Shown here in pieces: positions 1 to 11,268 of a stretch of DNA of 64,000 nucleotides; the stretch's first letter is position 1, and each line of letters starts with the position of its first letter. Source of the DNA: Thermoplasmata archaeon (GTDB lineage Archaea; Thermoplasmatota; Thermoplasmata; Lutacidiplasmatales; UBA184); contig JAKIWE010000006.1 of NCBI GenBank assembly GCA_022750195.1, positions 3,295 through 67,294 of the forward strand. Reading direction: 5' to 3'. Both the position numbers and the translations under genes were made by a program. The notes under the pieces were generated by a model. It made no database searches, was not told where the DNA came from, and saw only the letters and a program-made list of their open reading frames with translations.

Positions 1-609
1 GCCGGTGCCGCCGCGGTGCAACCACACACCGAGGAGCCCGGCGGCGCGAGCCCCGCGTGCGTCGGTGTTCGGCAGGTCGCCCACATGGCAAGCCTCCTCC
101 GGACGGACCCCGAGTCGTGCGGCGGCCCGTTGGAACATCTCTCGGGCGGGTTTCTTTACGCCCTCCGAGTACGACGAGAGCACGGCCGAAAAGTAGGCAC
201 TGATGCCGGCCTCCTCGAGCGTCTCACGGACCGCGGCCTCGGGGCGTTCGGTGTTCGAGACCACCGCGAGCCGGTGGCCGCGGCGGCGCAAGGCGTCGAG
301 GCAGCGCCGAGTATCGGAGAAGAGGTGGACGCGCCGCGGTCGACGACGGATCCTCGTCAGGAACTTCATTACGTCGGCGTCGCTCGGCGCATCCCCTCGG
401 GCGGCGGCGAACACCGCTGTCCAGAACTCCGAGCGTTCCGGCGGAGGAGGAGGGGCCCGGTCGAACTCGTCGAGCTTTTGGACGTAGAAGTGGGCCATCC
501 GGTCGGGTTCGACGAACAGCCCGAGCTCGTCGGCCTCTTCGCTCCAACCGAGGAAGTCGCGAAGGTCGACCAGGGTCCCATCGAGGTCGAACAGTACCGC
601 GCGGATCAT
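1..609 (-). CDS. HAD-superfamily hydrolase (3' end runs off the window)
   Basis: Not in the ORF track. Reverse complement from 609 reads MIRAVLFDLDGTLVD, which is HAD motif I (DxDGT). Confidence 0.85.
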   Translation of the reverse strand, partial: MIRAVLFDLDGTLVDLRDFLGWSEEADELGLFVEPDRMAHFYVQKLDEFDRAPPPPPERSEFWTAVFAAARGDAPSDADVMKFLTRIRRRPRRVHLFSDTRRCLDALRRRGHRLAVVSNTERPEAAVRETLEEAGISAYFSAVLSSYSEGVKKPAREMFQRAAARLGVRPEEACHVGDLPNTDARGARAAGLLGVWLHRGGTG

Positions 610-785
610 CGTCCCCTCAGGAACGGGGTGTCGCGGTCTGAGCGACGATGCGCGCGTCCCCGTCGCGCCATGCGAGGGGCGGCAAGGGGGCAGACTTCCA
701 TATACGCCCGTCGGAGGAAGCGTACGACGGGCGGCCCTCCCCAACGGGCGCACCGGGTGCCCCGGCCCGCCTGACCTCCCGACGG

Positions 786-1211
786 TTACGCTACGCTCAC
801 CGAGTTGACGTCGGAGTGCCGCATCAGGATCGCCCGGGCGACCTTGAGATTCTTGCCGGCCTTGCCGATCGCTCGCGCCTTCCACGCCGGGTCGACGGTC
901 ACCGTCGCGTGCCGGCCGCCGCCCTTCGGCAGGAAGTCGACTTTCTTCGGGGTGAACGGGAAGAAGACGTTCTTCACGAGGACCTCCGCGTCGTCGGAGT
1001 ACTCGACCACCTGGATCTCCTTCTTGAGCATCTCCTTGAGACGCTCGACGACCGCACCCCCCGGGCCCACGGCTTTCGGGATCTCGCCGGGGTAGACCAG
1101 GAACACGAGCTTGTCCTCGGCGACGAGGCAGTCCTTGACCCGGGCTCCCGTCCGCTCTTCGAAGAGCCGGAGGTAGGCGAGCGTCTCGGTGTCGAAGGCG
1201 ATCTCCGTCAC
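786..1211 (-). CDS. nusA: Archaeal NusA-like transcription elongation factor (KH domains)
   Basis: LFEERTGARVKDC, AVGPGG and AIGKAGKNLK KH motifs; usual position downstream of the rpo operon. Confidence 0.93.
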   Translation of the reverse strand: MTEIAFDTETLAYLRLFEERTGARVKDCLVAEDKLVFLVYPGEIPKAVGPGGAVVERLKEMLKKEIQVVEYSDDAEVLVKNVFFPFTPKKVDFLPKGGGRHATVTVDPAWKARAIGKAGKNLKVARAILMRHSDVNSVSVA

Positions 1212-1340
1212 GGTCTCTCTCGCTACGGCGTCTCATCCATCTTCAGCTTTGGGGCGCTCTCCTGACGGAGGTCGGGGTCGTCGACCTCCGCCGGTGAAGG
1301 GCGGCGCGAAGCGGTGACGCCTCGTGTCCGCGGACGCGGC

Positions 1341-1568
1341 TTACGGGAGGAGCGGGGCCGGGACGGAGGGCGCCAACCGGCTGAGGCTCACCAGCTCTCC
1401 GCCCACCAGCAGCAACGTGACGCCGAGGACGAGGTCGAGCCACGCCGCGACCCAGGAGGAGACTGCGGCCCCAGGAACGAAGAAGGCCACGGCGGCCAGT
1501 ATCAGCAGAAAGCCACCTACGACAAGGATCTCGATGGCGATCACTCGGATTCGCTTGGCAAGATTCAC
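1341..1568 (-). CDS. Small two-helix membrane protein, hypothetical (75 aa)
   Basis: GTG start preceded by GGGGAG; two hydrophobic segments (IAIEILVVGGFLLILAAVAFFV and LDLVLGVTLLLVGG). Confidence 0.6.
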   Translation of the reverse strand: MNLAKRIRVIAIEILVVGGFLLILAAVAFFVPGAAVSSWVAAWLDLVLGVTLLLVGGELVSLSRLAPSVPAPLLP

Positions 1569-1690
1569 GGTGGACTCCCCCGCTCCGAAGAAGCGTTGGT
1601 GACTCCGAGGAATCATGTAGGGTTGAAGAGGTTCCTCCAGCAACTTCTGCGGCCCGGGGTCCGGGAACGTCCCGGGCGCGGCACGCCGGT

Positions 1691-1981
1691 TCAGTTGGTT
1701 TCGACGGAGAGGATCGCGGAGGAGCCGGGGTCGATGACGGCGAGCGCGCTGATCGGGAACGGCTTGCCGCACGCCGCGCCGAGCTCGAGGCTCGTCCCCT
1801 CGTAGTGGTAGACCGGGACCCGGTCGACCTTCTTTTCACGGGTCAGCTTCGGCTCCGGGCAGGTGGTGGCGACGACCAGCAGCTTCGCCTTTTTCTCATG
1901 GGCGCTCTCGAGCGACTCGCGGACGCCGATCTTCACGGTGCCGGTCTGGAGCGCGACCTTGAGCGCGTGGGCCAGGTCCAT
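1691..1981 (-). CDS. rpl30e: 50S ribosomal protein L30e
   Basis: C-terminal 96 aa of ORF 1691..3508: MDLAHALKVALQTGTVKIG...GTSLELGAACGKPFPISALAVIDPGSS. Confidence 0.95.
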   Translation of the reverse strand: MDLAHALKVALQTGTVKIGVRESLESAHEKKAKLLVVATTCPEPKLTREKKVDRVPVYHYEGTSLELGAACGKPFPISALAVIDPGSSAILSVETN

Positions 1982-1986
1982 GGCGT

Positions 1987-3306
1987 TCAGGCCTCCGACT
2001 TGACCGGTTCGCTCGGGACGACCACCGGCTCCGGCGGTAGCAACGACTTCGGCGGTGGCCGGTAGATCAGGTTGACGGCGCCGGTGCCGAGGGTGATCGG
2101 CTGCCCGACGATGATGTTCTCGGCGACGCCCTTGAGCTCGTCGACCTCGCCGATGATCGCGGCGCGGAGCAGGTGAGCGGCCGTGATCTCGAAGGCGGCC
2201 CGGGCGAGGACGCTGGTCTTCTTCCCGCTGATCCCGTGGCGGCCGATCGCGCGGATGTCCCCTTCGTTGGTCATCACGTCCGCGACGAGCATCAGGTGCC
2301 GGATGTCGACGGCGAGCCCCTGCTCGGCCAGGGTCCGGTTCGCTTCCAGCATGAGCGCCGCGCGCGCGGCCTCGACGCCGAACACCTTGTAGATCTCGAA
2401 GACGGAGTTGGTGGTCGTCCTGGACGCGTCGACCCCGGCGATGCCGAGCACGCCCTCCAGGGCCGAGCCCTCGGTGTAGATCACGTACTCTTCCTTCTCC
2501 TTCTTGATCAGCGCCCGCTTGATCCCGGCCACGCCCTTGATGCGGATGATGCGGGCCTCCTCGCTCGCGGCGAGGAGCTTCTTGTACGGCATTTCCTCGG
2601 CCGGCTCCTCCTTCTTGGAGACCTTGCCCGGCGCAGGGGTCGGGGCCTCGGCGAGCTGGATCTCGAAGCTGCGGGTCTCGCCGCCGCCGCTCCCGTTGGA
2701 GATCTTCACCTTTCGGACGTCCAGGTTCTCGGCGAGGGCCGCCTCGAGGTCGGCGCGCTTGACGCCTCGGGCCTGCATCGCCGACGGCTGGGGCGTGACG
2801 ACGACCTTGAGCTCCTCGACGACCGTCCCGATCGAGGCGACATCGGGGACCGTCGTGACCTCGATCTGGAGCGCGATCTGCTCGACCGCGACGCGGTCGC
2901 TCTTGAGCTTCTTCTCGACGTAGACCGTCATCATCGGCGTGGAGGGGACGCGACGGGCGTCGACGAGCTCGATCAGCCGCGGCAGGCCGAGCGTGACGTT
3001 CATCTCGGCGACCCCGGCGTAGTGGAACGTTCGCAGGGTCATCTGCGTCCCGGGCTCTCCGATCGACTGCGCGGCGAGGATCCCCACGGACTCGTGGGCA
3101 TCTACACGGTTGTGCGCGTAGCGCGTCACGACGGCGCGAACGACCTTGGGAAGCTCGGCCGGGGTGACCTTCAGGTGGTGGAGCCGGCGGCGGAGCTCGT
3201 CGGCGAGCGCCTCGGGGAGGACGACCCCCTCCTTCGCGGCGATCTCGACGATCCGTTCGCGCAGCGTCTTCCCGGGGCCGTTCTCTTTCTTCTTCTCGGC
3301 GGGCAT
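1987..3306 (-). CDS. rpoA2: DNA-directed RNA polymerase subunit A'' (Rpo1C)
   Basis: [21 protein letters not shown] trigger loop, [26 protein letters not shown]. Confidence 0.98.
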   Translation of the reverse strand: MPAEKKKENGPGKTLRERIVEIAAKEGVVLPEALADELRRRLHHLKVTPAELPKVVRAVVTRYAHNRVDAHESVGILAAQSIGEPGTQMTLRTFHYAGVAEMNVTLGLPRLIELVDARRVPSTPMMTVYVEKKLKSDRVAVEQIALQIEVTTVPDVASIGTVVEELKVVVTPQPSAMQARGVKRADLEAALAENLDVRKVKISNGSGGGETRSFEIQLAEAPTPAPGKVSKKEEPAEEMPYKKLLAASEEARIIRIKGVAGIKRALIKKEKEEYVIYTEGSALEGVLGIAGVDASRTTTNSVFEIYKVFGVEAARAALMLEANRTLAEQGLAVDIRHLMLVADVMTNEGDIRAIGRHGISGKKTSVLARAAFEITAAHLLRAAIIGEVDELKGVAENIIVGQPITLGTGAVNLIYRPPPKSLLPPEPVVVPSEPVKSEA

Positions 3307-3311
3307 GGTAC

Positions 3312-6098
3312 CTAGCCTCCGAAGTCCGGGCCCTCTTCGGGGGCGCCGAACTCCTCGGTCTCCTCTTCCTCGCCCTCTTCCTCGAGCTGGGCCTCGGCGA
3401 GCAGGTCCATCTCTTCCTCGCCGACCGTCGGGGCGCCGGTGAGGTTCTCGAACGTGCCGTCCGCGTTCGTCCGGATGCGCCGGCCGAGCACGGTGGAGAG
3501 GATCTCATCGAGCGCGACCGCGGCGCCCTGGAACGAGCGCGTGGGGTCGACGCCGTCCTCGCCGTACTTGTACTCGATGATCGTCCCCGCGGTGTTCCGG
3601 ACCGTCCCGTCCTCGATCACCTTGAGGTCCTCAAGGGCGTTGATCAGCCGCCGCTGCATGTACCCCGAGCGGCTCGTGCGGACGGCCGTGTCGACCAGGC
3701 CCTCGCGCCCGCCCATCGAGTGGAAGAAGTACTCCGTGGGGGAGAGGCCCTTCTTGTAGCTCGACGAGACGAAGCCTCGGGCGTCCGCGCCCAGGTCGCC
3801 CCGCGGGAAGTGCGGGAGCGTCCGGTTGTAGTAGCCGCGGAGCAGCCGTTCGCCCCGCACCGACTGCTGGCCGACGGCGCCGGCCATCTGCGTCAGGTTG
3901 AGCATCGAGCCGCGCGCGCCGGATTTCGCGAGAATGACGGCGGGGTTCTCGAGCCCGAGGTACCGCCCCGCGATCTCACCGGCCTGGTCACGAGCCTTGC
4001 CGAGCTCGCGCCGGACCTGGACCTCGAGGGTCTCCTCCAGCGATCGGCCGGCCATCTGCTCGAGCTTGCCCTGATTGTACTGCTCGACGTACTCGGTGAC
4101 CAGGACCCGCGCCTTCGCGAGCGCGTCCTCGATCTCCTTGCGGGCGTTCTCGGGAACGTCCTCGTCGTCGATCCCGGTCGAGAGGCCCGCGAGGCCGATC
4201 GACGTGATCGCGAGCCGGCTCATCTCGTCCAGGAACCGTCGCGCCCGGTCCATCCCGTCGTTCCGGGCGATGGCGTCCAGGATCGCGCCCTTCTCGTAGG
4301 CGATCGCCTTCTTGTCGATCGCGCCGGCGAGGAGCACGCCCTTCTCGATCACGACGGTCGCGTCGTGCTCGCACTTCAAGGGGGCGCAGTCGCACCGGTT
4401 CCAGATGTTGGAGTGGAACTCGAGGTTGAGGTCCTTGGGGAGCGTGAGGCTGAACAGCTGCTTGCCCGTCCAGTACTCCGAGCCGTCCTTCTCCGTCCCC
4501 ACCGGGGGCGGGACCGGGTACCGCAGCTTCGAGAGCAGGTAGGTGACCTCGCTCCGGGTGAACCGCGGGTTCTGGTAGGTCAGCAGGAAGGCGGCGGTGA
4601 TGTGGTCGTGGAGCATCCCGATGATCGGGCCGCCGTACCGGGGCGAGAGGATGTGCTCCTCGACCTTCATGAGCACCTTCGCCTCGGCGCGCGCCTCCTG
4701 GCTCTGGAGGACGTGGAGGTTCATCTCGTCGCCATCGAAGTCCGCGTTGTACGGCGGGCAGTCGCAGAGGTTGAACCGGAACGTCTTGTGCGGAAGGATC
4801 CGGACGAAGTGGGCCATCATGCTCATCCGGTGGAGCGACGGCTGCCGGTTGAACAGGACGATGTCGCCGTCGACGAGCTGGCGCTCGACGACGCAGCCCG
4901 GCGCGACCAGCTCGGCGCACGCTTCCGCGTTCTTGTCCATGACCTTGATCCGCTGGCCGTCCTCGCGGATCAGGTAGTTCACGCCGCACTGGTACTCCTT
5001 CGCGGGCCCGTACGGCGGCGACGGGCCGCGCTTGACGAGCCCCTTGGCGACCTCCATGTTGTGGGGCGTGACCTCGAGCGGGACGGTGAGCGCGCGGGCG
5101 ACCTCCGTCGGGATGCCGACCTCGTTGATCGACAGCAGCGGGTCGGGGGAGATCACCGTGCGCGCGGAGAAGTTCACCCGCTTACCGGAGAGGTTCGACC
5201 GGAAGCGGCCGTCCTTTCCCTTCAGGCGCTGCACGAGCGTCTTCAGCGGGCGACCGGAACGGTGCCGCGCCGGCGGGATGCCGCTCGTCTGGTTGTCGAA
5301 GTAGGTCGTGACGTGGTACTGCAGGAGCTCCCAAAGGTCCTCGACGACGAGCTGCGGGGCGCCCATGTCGCGGTTCTCGCGCAGGCGCTGGTTGATCCGC
5401 AGCACGTCGACGAGCTTGTGGGTCAGGTCGTCCTCGCTCCGCTCCCCGCTCTCCAGCGTGATCGACGGGCGTACCTGGACCGGCGGCACCGGGAGGACCG
5501 TCAGCACCATCCACTCGGGGCGGCCGAACTTCGGGTTGAGCCCCATCGCGCGGACGTCGTCGTCCGGGATCCGCTCGAGCCGGGCGCGGACCTCCTTCGG
5601 GGTGATCTTGTGACCGTTCTCGCGGAACGTCGTCGGCTTGTCGAGGACGATCTTGTGCTGGACCTCGTGGCAGTGCGGGCAGAGACGCTCCTCCTTCGGC
5701 TCCCGGGTCTTGACCGGCGCCACCCCGTCCTCGGTCTCGGCGGCGAAGGTGCTGCGCGAGGACGGCGCGTCCGGGAGCAGCCGGCCGCAGGCGCGGCAGG
5801 TCCCCTGGAGCAGCCGCTTGATCTCCTTCGCGTAGCCGACGTGGACGACCGGCATCGCGAGCTCGATGATCCCGAAGTGGCCGGGGCATTCGCTGACGCG
5901 GCCGCCGCAGGTGCGGCAGCGCAGGTTCGGCTCGATGACCCCGAGATGGAGGTCCATGAGACCCATCTCGATCGGGTAACCGTCGTCGTCGTAGGTGTCG
6001 GCCGTGATGATCTTCACGCCGCTCATGCGGCGGATCTCGTCCGGCGAGAGGAAGGCGAACTGCAGGCTCTTGATCTTCTTCGATAGTCCCTGCGACAT
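3312..6098 (-). CDS. rpoA1: DNA-directed RNA polymerase subunit A' (Rpo1N)
   Basis: Catalytic [12 protein letters not shown]-terminal Zn motifs, bridge helix [22 protein letters not shown]. Confidence 0.99.
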   Translation of the reverse strand: MSQGLSKKIKSLQFAFLSPDEIRRMSGVKIITADTYDDDGYPIEMGLMDLHLGVIEPNLRCRTCGGRVSECPGHFGIIELAMPVVHVGYAKEIKRLLQGTCRACGRLLPDAPSSRSTFAAETEDGVAPVKTREPKEERLCPHCHEVQHKIVLDKPTTFRENGHKITPKEVRARLERIPDDDVRAMGLNPKFGRPEWMVLTVLPVPPVQVRPSITLESGERSEDDLTHKLVDVLRINQRLRENRDMGAPQLVVEDLWELLQYHVTTYFDNQTSGIPPARHRSGRPLKTLVQRLKGKDGRFRSNLSGKRVNFSARTVISPDPLLSINEVGIPTEVARALTVPLEVTPHNMEVAKGLVKRGPSPPYGPAKEYQCGVNYLIREDGQRIKVMDKNAEACAELVAPGCVVERQLVDGDIVLFNRQPSLHRMSMMAHFVRILPHKTFRFNLCDCPPYNADFDGDEMNLHVLQSQEARAEAKVLMKVEEHILSPRYGGPIIGMLHDHITAAFLLTYQNPRFTRSEVTYLLSKLRYPVPPPVGTEKDGSEYWTGKQLFSLTLPKDLNLEFHSNIWNRCDCAPLKCEHDATVVIEKGVLLAGAIDKKAIAYEKGAILDAIARNDGMDRARRFLDEMSRLAITSIGLAGLSTGIDDEDVPENARKEIEDALAKARVLVTEYVEQYNQGKLEQMAGRSLEETLEVQVRRELGKARDQAGEIAGRYLGLENPAVILAKSGARGSMLNLTQMAGAVGQQSVRGERLLRGYYNRTLPHFPRGDLGADARGFVSSSYKKGLSPTEYFFHSMGGREGLVDTAVRTSRSGYMQRRLINALEDLKVIEDGTVRNTAGTIIEYKYGEDGVDPTRSFQGAAVALDEILSTVLGRRIRTNADGTFENLTGAPTVGEEEMDLLAEAQLEEEGEEEETEEFGAPEEGPDFGG

Positions 6099-6107
6099 GG
6101 TGGCCTC

Positions 6108-9100
6108 CTACCGCATCTCCTCGAGCTGAAGCCGCATGATGACCCCGAGGCTGATCAGCTCCTCCAGGAGGAGCTTGAACGAGTAGCTCATTTCGACCGG
6201 ATAGATCGACGACGTGTTCCCGCACGACGGGCACCGGAGCGAGCCGGCGCGGCTGTCCGGGATCGCGATGTGGCCGCACTCCGCGTTCCCGCACACGTAC
6301 TGGATCGTCCCGTCGGACTCGTCGAGCAGCCGGTCCTTGATCACCATCGCGACGCCGTGGCCGATCAGGCAGTCGCGCTCCATCTCCCCGAACCGAAGGC
6401 CGCCCTGCCGGGAGCGCCCTTCCGTGGGTTGGCGGGTCAGGATCTGCACCGGGCCGCGGGAGCGCATGTGCATCTTCCCGGCGACCATGTGGTGGAGCTT
6501 CTGGTAGTAGATCACGCCGGTGAAGATCTCCGCGTCGAACCGGCGGCCGGTGATGCCGTCGTACATCGTCTCGCGGCCGGACGGCTGGAAGCCGAGCGCC
6601 TTGAGCGACTCGCGGAGCGCCTCTTCCCGCTCGCCCGAGAAAGCGGTCCCGTCGATCGTCCGCCCTTCGAGGGCGCCGACCTTGCCCCCGAGCATCTCGA
6701 GGACGTGGGCGACCGTCATCCGCGAGGGGATGGCGTGCGGATTGATCAGAAGGTCCGGCGTGACGCCGTCGCGGGTGAACGGCATGTTCTCCTGCGGGAC
6801 GATGAGGCCGATGACCCCCTTCTGCCCGTGGCGGGAGGCGAACTTGTCGCCGAGCTCCGGGACCCGCTGGTTGCGGACCTTGACCTTGACCAGCTTGGAG
6901 ATGTTCTCTCCCTCGGTCAGGATGACGTTGTCGACCCAGCCGGACTCGCCGAAGCGCACGGTGACCGACGTCTCGCGGCGCTTCTGCGGCGTCAGCAGGT
7001 CGGTCTTCTCCTCGAGGAACCGGGGCGGGGAGGTCTTGCCGATCAGCACGTCGCCTTCCGTGACCTCGAGCTCGGGGAAGATCAGGCCGTCCTCGCCCAG
7101 GTTGCGGTAGGCGGTGTCGACGCGGGCCCCCGCGACATCGGGCCGGGGGATCTCGAACCGGTCCTCTTGGCCGCCGGGGTACTTGCGCTCCTCCCCGCGG
7201 TAGGTACGGAAGAACGACGAGCGACCGAGGCCGCGGTCGATCGCGGCCTTGTTGAAGACGAGGGCGTCCTGCATGTTGTACCCCTCGTAGGAGAGGACGG
7301 CGACCACGAAGTTCTGGCCCGCCGGCCGCTCGGTGAAGTGGACGTACCGCATCGTCTGCGTGCGGAGCATCGGCGCCTGCGGGTAGTGGAGCAGGTGGCC
7401 GCGCGTGTCCGGCCGCCGGCGGTAGTTGACCGACTCGACGCCGAGCGCCTGCTTGGCCATCGCCGCGCCCATCGTGTTGCGCGGCGTGGAGTTGTGCTCC
7501 GGGTAGGGGATCAGCCCCGTGCAGACCCCGAGCATCATGTTCGTGTCGATCTCGAGGTGGGAGGTCTCGCCGTTCATCTTGAGCGGCGTGTTGAACTCGT
7601 TGCCGCACCGGCCGCAGGCGACGAGCGCGGCGTCGCTCCGCTCGCCCATGTTGACCCAGCGGACGTCGCCCCGGGAGAGCGCCCTCTCGCACTTCGGGCA
7701 GACCTCGGGCGAGACGTATGGCTCGACCGCGATGAGCGAATCTTCCTCCTCCTCGGCGTCGACCCACTCGACCTTCCCCTGACGGATCAGGTCGCCGTGG
7801 GAGAGCGTGCCCTGGGCGAGCTCGTCGAGGTCGGAGCGCGTGACCCGGGGGACGCCGCTCTTGACGACGATGAGCGGACGGCGGAGACGGCCGGGGTCGC
7901 AGTGGACGATGACCTCGTTCATCTCCTCGTCGTAGCGGACGTTGATCTCGTAGGTCTTGTCGCCGAGCGTCGGGGAGAGCGAGCCGGAGTGCCGACGGTC
8001 CCGGATCTCCTTGACCAGCTCGACCGGCGTCGAGTGGAGCCCGATCAGGTTCCCGTTGACGTAGACGCGCGCCGCGCGCTTGCCCTTCGACGCCGCGCTG
8101 TCCTGGAACACCTCGGGACCAATGTCGCGGGTGTTGAGGTCGCGGAGCAGGAGCGCCACCTCCTCCTCGTCGCACCCTTCGGAGACGTCGACGCTCAGGG
8201 CGTAGTTCTTGACGAGTCCGCAGTTCTGACCTTCGGGCGTCTCGTTCGGGCAGAGCCGGCCCCACTGCGTCGGGTGCAGGTCGCGCGCCTCGAAGTGCGG
8301 CTGGCTGCGCGTGAGCGGGCTCGTCACCCTCCGGAGGTGGGAGATCGTCGACATGTGGCTGGTCCGGTCGAGCACCTGGCTGACGCCGGCGCGGCCGCCG
8401 ACCCAGTTGCCGGTCGCGAGGGCGTGGACGAGCCGCTGGGTGAGGAGGTCCGGCCGGATCGCGCTCGCGATCCGCAGGTCCTTCTTCCGGGCGAACGACC
8501 GCTCGAGCTGGTACTTGAGGTCCTTCAGGAGCAGCGTGAAGGCGACGCGGAACAGGTCCTCCATGAGGTCGCCGGCGAGCTTGAGGCGCTTGTTCGCGTA
8601 GTGGTCCTTGTCGTCCTCGCCCCGTACCTTGAGGTTGAGTTCGAGGACCGTACGCGCCATGCGCGCGAGGTAGAGGGCCTTCTTCAGCCGATCCGGCTTC
8701 GTGTCGCCCAGGTGCGGGAGGAGCGACCGGTCGAGGATCCCGTCGACCTTCCGCTGACGGTACTCCTTGGCCTGGCCGGTGGCGAACTTCTTCTCGAGGA
8801 ACAGCAGCGCGTCCTCGGTGGTGAGGATCCCTTCGGGCGGGTACTGCTTTTTGCTGACGCACTCCTCGAGGTTGACGTTGAGAAGATGCTTCATCGTCTG
8901 GACGAACGGTTCGTCCAGCGGGAGCAGCTCGCCCAGGACCGCCTGGACGATCTCCTCGTCGTTCTTCATCCCGAGGGCGCGCATGAGGATGACCAGCGGG
9001 ATCTGTCCGCTCGCCGTCGGGACCGAGACCTGAAGGATGCCGTCCTTCTTCTTCTCGACGACCGTCAGCGACCGGTAGCCGCCGCGTTGGCTGAACACCT

Positions 9101-9782
9101 TCGCGCTCTCGATCGGCGTGCCGTACCGCTCGTTGAACTCGGCGAAGATCCGGTTCGGGGCGAGGTCCTCCAGGCTGATGATGACCCGCTCGGTACCGCC
9201 GATGATCACGTAGCCGCCGGGGTCGAGCGGGTCTTCGCCGTACTCGACGAGCTTCGCGCGGTACTCCTCGTCGGAGAGGGGAAACCCGGAGTCGCGCTCG
9301 ATGTTCGCCCGGTGCAGATTGCACGGGCGGCTCTTGACCATGATCGGCAAGTCACCGATGTGCACCTGCTCCGGGGCGCGCTCGACGCCGTTCTCGACGA
9401 CCGTGACGTTGAGGAAGATCGGGGCCTGGTAGGTGAGGTTCCGGAGGCGGGCCTCCATCGGCGTGAGCGTCGGTTTCGAGCCGACGGGCTCCTTGACGAA
9501 CGGCTGGCCGACGAGGATCGTCGGCTCTGAGGAGGGGGAGATCTGGCCCGTGCGCGGGTCGCGCCGCCGTCCGACGCGGACGTTGATCGAGCTCTTCGTC
9601 TTCTGCACGTCGAGCCGGATGACGCCGCGCTCGACGGAGTCCTCGCTGACCCGCGCATCGTCGACGATGCGCTGCATCCGGGAGTTCGGGTTGTCGTTGG
9701 TCGGCAGGAAGTCGTTGAAGCTCGCGAGGTGGTGGTTGACGATGGAGCGCTCCCGGAAGAAGGCGTCGACGATCTCGCGCAT
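6108..9782 (-). CDS. rpoB: DNA-directed RNA polymerase subunit B (Rpo2, unsplit)
   Basis: [39 protein letters not shown] and a C-terminal Zn ribbon. Confidence 0.99.
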   Translation of the reverse strand: MREIVDAFFRERSIVNHHLASFNDFLPTNDNPNSRMQRIVDDARVSEDSVERGVIRLDVQKTKSSINVRVGRRRDPRTGQISPSSEPTILVGQPFVKEPVGSKPTLTPMEARLRNLTYQAPIFLNVTVVENGVERAPEQVHIGDLPIMVKSRPCNLHRANIERDSGFPLSDEEYRAKLVEYGEDPLDPGGYVIIGGTERVIISLEDLAPNRIFAEFNERYGTPIESAKVFSQRGGYRSLTVVEKKKDGILQVSVPTASGQIPLVILMRALGMKNDEEIVQAVLGELLPLDEPFVQTMKHLLNVNLEECVSKKQYPPEGILTTEDALLFLEKKFATGQAKEYRQRKVDGILDRSLLPHLGDTKPDRLKKALYLARMARTVLELNLKVRGEDDKDHYANKRLKLAGDLMEDLFRVAFTLLLKDLKYQLERSFARKKDLRIASAIRPDLLTQRLVHALATGNWVGGRAGVSQVLDRTSHMSTISHLRRVTSPLTRSQPHFEARDLHPTQWGRLCPNETPEGQNCGLVKNYALSVDVSEGCDEEEVALLLRDLNTRDIGPEVFQDSAASKGKRAARVYVNGNLIGLHSTPVELVKEIRDRRHSGSLSPTLGDKTYEINVRYDEEMNEVIVHCDPGRLRRPLIVVKSGVPRVTRSDLDELAQGTLSHGDLIRQGKVEWVDAEEEEDSLIAVEPYVSPEVCPKCERALSRGDVRWVNMGERSDAALVACGRCGNEFNTPLKMNGETSHLEIDTNMMLGVCTGLIPYPEHNSTPRNTMGAAMAKQALGVESVNYRRRPDTRGHLLHYPQAPMLRTQTMRYVHFTERPAGQNFVVAVLSYEGYNMQDALVFNKAAIDRGLGRSSFFRTYRGEERKYPGGQEDRFEIPRPDVAGARVDTAYRNLGEDGLIFPELEVTEGDVLIGKTSPPRFLEEKTDLLTPQKRRETSVTVRFGESGWVDNVILTEGENISKLVKVKVRNQRVPELGDKFASRHGQKGVIGLIVPQENMPFTRDGVTPDLLINPHAIPSRMTVAHVLEMLGGKVGALEGRTIDGTAFSGEREEALRESLKALGFQPSGRETMYDGITGRRFDAEIFTGVIYYQKLHHMVAGKMHMRSRGPVQILTRQPTEGRSRQGGLRFGEMERDCLIGHGVAMVIKDRLLDESDGTIQYVCGNAECGHIAIPDSRAGSLRCPSCGNTSSIYPVEMSYSFKLLLEELISLGVIMRLQLEEMR

Positions 9783-9791
9783 GGAGAGGAA

Positions 9792-10133
9792 TCACTCCCC
9801 CAGGTTGTGGACGACGGCCCGGTAGGCGATGGCGGTACCGGCGGTCGAGGAGGGTCGGGCGACGCGGACGAGCCGGTTGGAGAGGTTCTCCTGCGCTTCG
9901 CGCGCCTTCGTGAAGTTCGGGTCGGTCCGGAGCCCGGGGTCGGTCACGAGGATCTTCGGGAGCCGCTCGACGAGCGTCTGCAGGTCGGCCAGGACCTGCT
10001 GGCTCTCGGCGTCGGAGAGGAGCGTGTGGGGCGGGACCAGGTGGTGGGCGACGAACGGGCGGGGCGGCTCCGGCGGGGCCGCGGCCGCCGCCTTCTTCGT
10101 CCGTTTGCGCGCGGAGCTCTTTGCGGGGGTCAT
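9792..10133 (-). CDS. rpoH: DNA-directed RNA polymerase subunit H (Rpo5)
   Basis: HHLVPPHTLL, LPKILVTDP, RPSSTAGTAIAYRAV. Start placed at ATG 10133 because the longer ORF overlaps a tRNA gene. Confidence 0.92.
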   Translation of the reverse strand: MTPAKSSARKRTKKAAAAAPPEPPRPFVAHHLVPPHTLLSDAESQQVLADLQTLVERLPKILVTDPGLRTDPNFTKAREAQENLSNRLVRVARPSSTAGTAIAYRAVVHNLGE

Positions 10134-10157
10134 GGTGCTGCTTGTCCGGGTGCGAGA

Positions 10158-10300
10158 CGGGCCCGGGGGGATATCCGGCGGGGCGTCCCAGCGACGGGAC
10201 GGCCTCGCGTTCGAACCCCCGACCAACTGGTTAAAAGCCAGATGCTCTTTGTAGGGCCGCCGCCGTGAGACGCCGGCCTACCTACCTGAGCTACGGGCCC
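10158..10300 (-). tRNA. tRNA-Lys(UUU) with two non-canonical introns (20/21: 10249-10279; 59/60: 10172-10209)
   Basis: Acceptor stem GGGCCCG/CGGGCCC plus G73; D stem GCTC/GAGC; anticodon arm TCTGG-CTTTTAA-CCAGT; T stem GGGGG/CCCCC. Removing two BHB-bounded inserts gives a standard cloverleaf. Confidence 0.93.
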
Positions 10301-10359
10301 TAACCCGCGCCGGAAACGGTCGACCCGGTCGCCGTATTTCACCTTTGGCCCGACCGGTC

Positions 10360-10674
10360 TCACTTCTGGCTCTCCAGGTCGGAGATGATCGACCAGATCG
10401 CGGTGCGACCGTGCGTCGGAAGGTTAGGATCGTTCGCAAGGTCGTCGAGCACGTACACCGCGCTCGCGATCCGCACGTCGAGGGCGACGCGGTTCTTGCC
10501 GAGCTCGTCGCGCGCGCTCTGAGCGCCGCGACGAATGTTCCGAGGGACCGACGAGTCCTCCGCGAGCTCGCCCAGCGATTCGACGATCCGTGCGAGCATC
10601 GCCGGAACCGCCGACTCCGCGGGCGCCGGGGGCGTCCCGTCGACCGGGCCGTTCGAGACGGAGGCTCCGGTCAT
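10360..10674 (-). CDS. UPF0147 family protein
   Basis: DSSVPRNIRR and LDDLANDPNLPTHGRTAIWSIISDLE signatures. Confidence 0.9.
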   Translation of the reverse strand: MTGASVSNGPVDGTPPAPAESAVPAMLARIVESLGELAEDSSVPRNIRRGAQSARDELGKNRVALDVRIASAVYVLDDLANDPNLPTHGRTAIWSIISDLESQK

Positions 10675-11012
10675 GCGGGCCGGGTCTCCCCGCCCTCCTT
10701 GTAGGCGGTGACGACGAGCAGCGTCTTCGTCTCCCGGATGCCCCGGACCGCCGGGAGCCGGTGCAGGACGAACTCCTTGAGCTCGTCGTAGTGCGGGAAG
10801 CGGACCTTGAGGAAGATGTCGGTGTCGCCGGTCACGAGGTACACGTCCTCGACCTCGGTGAACTTCGCGACCTCGCTCGCGACGTTGTCGGCCTCCGAGG
10901 TCTCTACCTTGAGCGCGATGAGCGCCGCGACGTGCTCGTCCCCCCAGACCTTCGTAAACGCGCTCTCGACGGCGCGGCTCACCGGCGGCTTGCCCGTTTC
11001 GGGCTTCTCCAT
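10671..11012 (-). CDS. Lrp/AsnC ligand-binding (RAM) domain protein
   Basis: EVEDVYLVTGDTDIFLKV...GIRETKT; no HTH domain. Confidence 0.88.
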   Translation of the reverse strand: MEKPETGKPPVSRAVESAFTKVWGDEHVAALIALKVETSEADNVASEVAKFTEVEDVYLVTGDTDIFLKVRFPHYDELKEFVLHRLPAVRGIRETKTLLVVTAYKEGGETRPA

Positions 11013-11094
11013 GAACTTTCTCCCCCCGTTTCGCTCGCGGACGCGGTAGCTGACTCTCTCCCTGCGCTACGAATGCCCGAGTGACCCACGCCGA

Positions 11095-11268
11095 CTAGGT
11101 CGCGGGCGCCGACTCGAACTCCTCTTGGAGGTCGTTGATCACCTGGTCGATGACGGCCCCGGACGACGGTGCGCGGTACTCACGCACGCCGCCCGCCTCG
11201 CTCGAGACTCGGGCCACCACTTCGGCGGGGCTGCGCAGGAACTCGACGCTACAGATGAGCTCCTCCAT
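11095..11268 (-). CDS. Small acidic hypothetical protein (57 aa)
   Basis: Not in the ORF track. Reads MEELICSVEFLRSPAEVVARVSSEAGGVREYRAPSSGAVIDQVINDLQEEFESAPAT*, has GC-rich third codon positions and an AT-rich TATA-like element at about 11314-11325. Confidence 0.7.
   Translation of the reverse strand: MEELICSVEFLRSPAEVVARVSSEAGGVREYRAPSSGAVIDQVINDLQEEFESAPAT

Noticed and set aside
705-733. 9-bp inverted repeat CGCCCGTCG/CGACGGGCG downstream of nusA as a terminator
   Set aside because: No oligo-T tract; short GC hairpins are frequent by chance here.
1691-9795. Very long alternative-frame and antisense ORFs over the rpo genes (for example 5182..9324 -, 6270..9530 +, 3720..6086 +)
   Set aside because: Arg/Pro/Gly-rich shadow ORFs caused by high GC and biased codon usage; they carry no motifs. 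The same applies to similar shadows throughout the window.
10134-10363. N-terminal extension of RpoH (from 10226) and ORF 10130..10363
   Set aside because: Both overlap the intron-containing tRNA-Lys gene.
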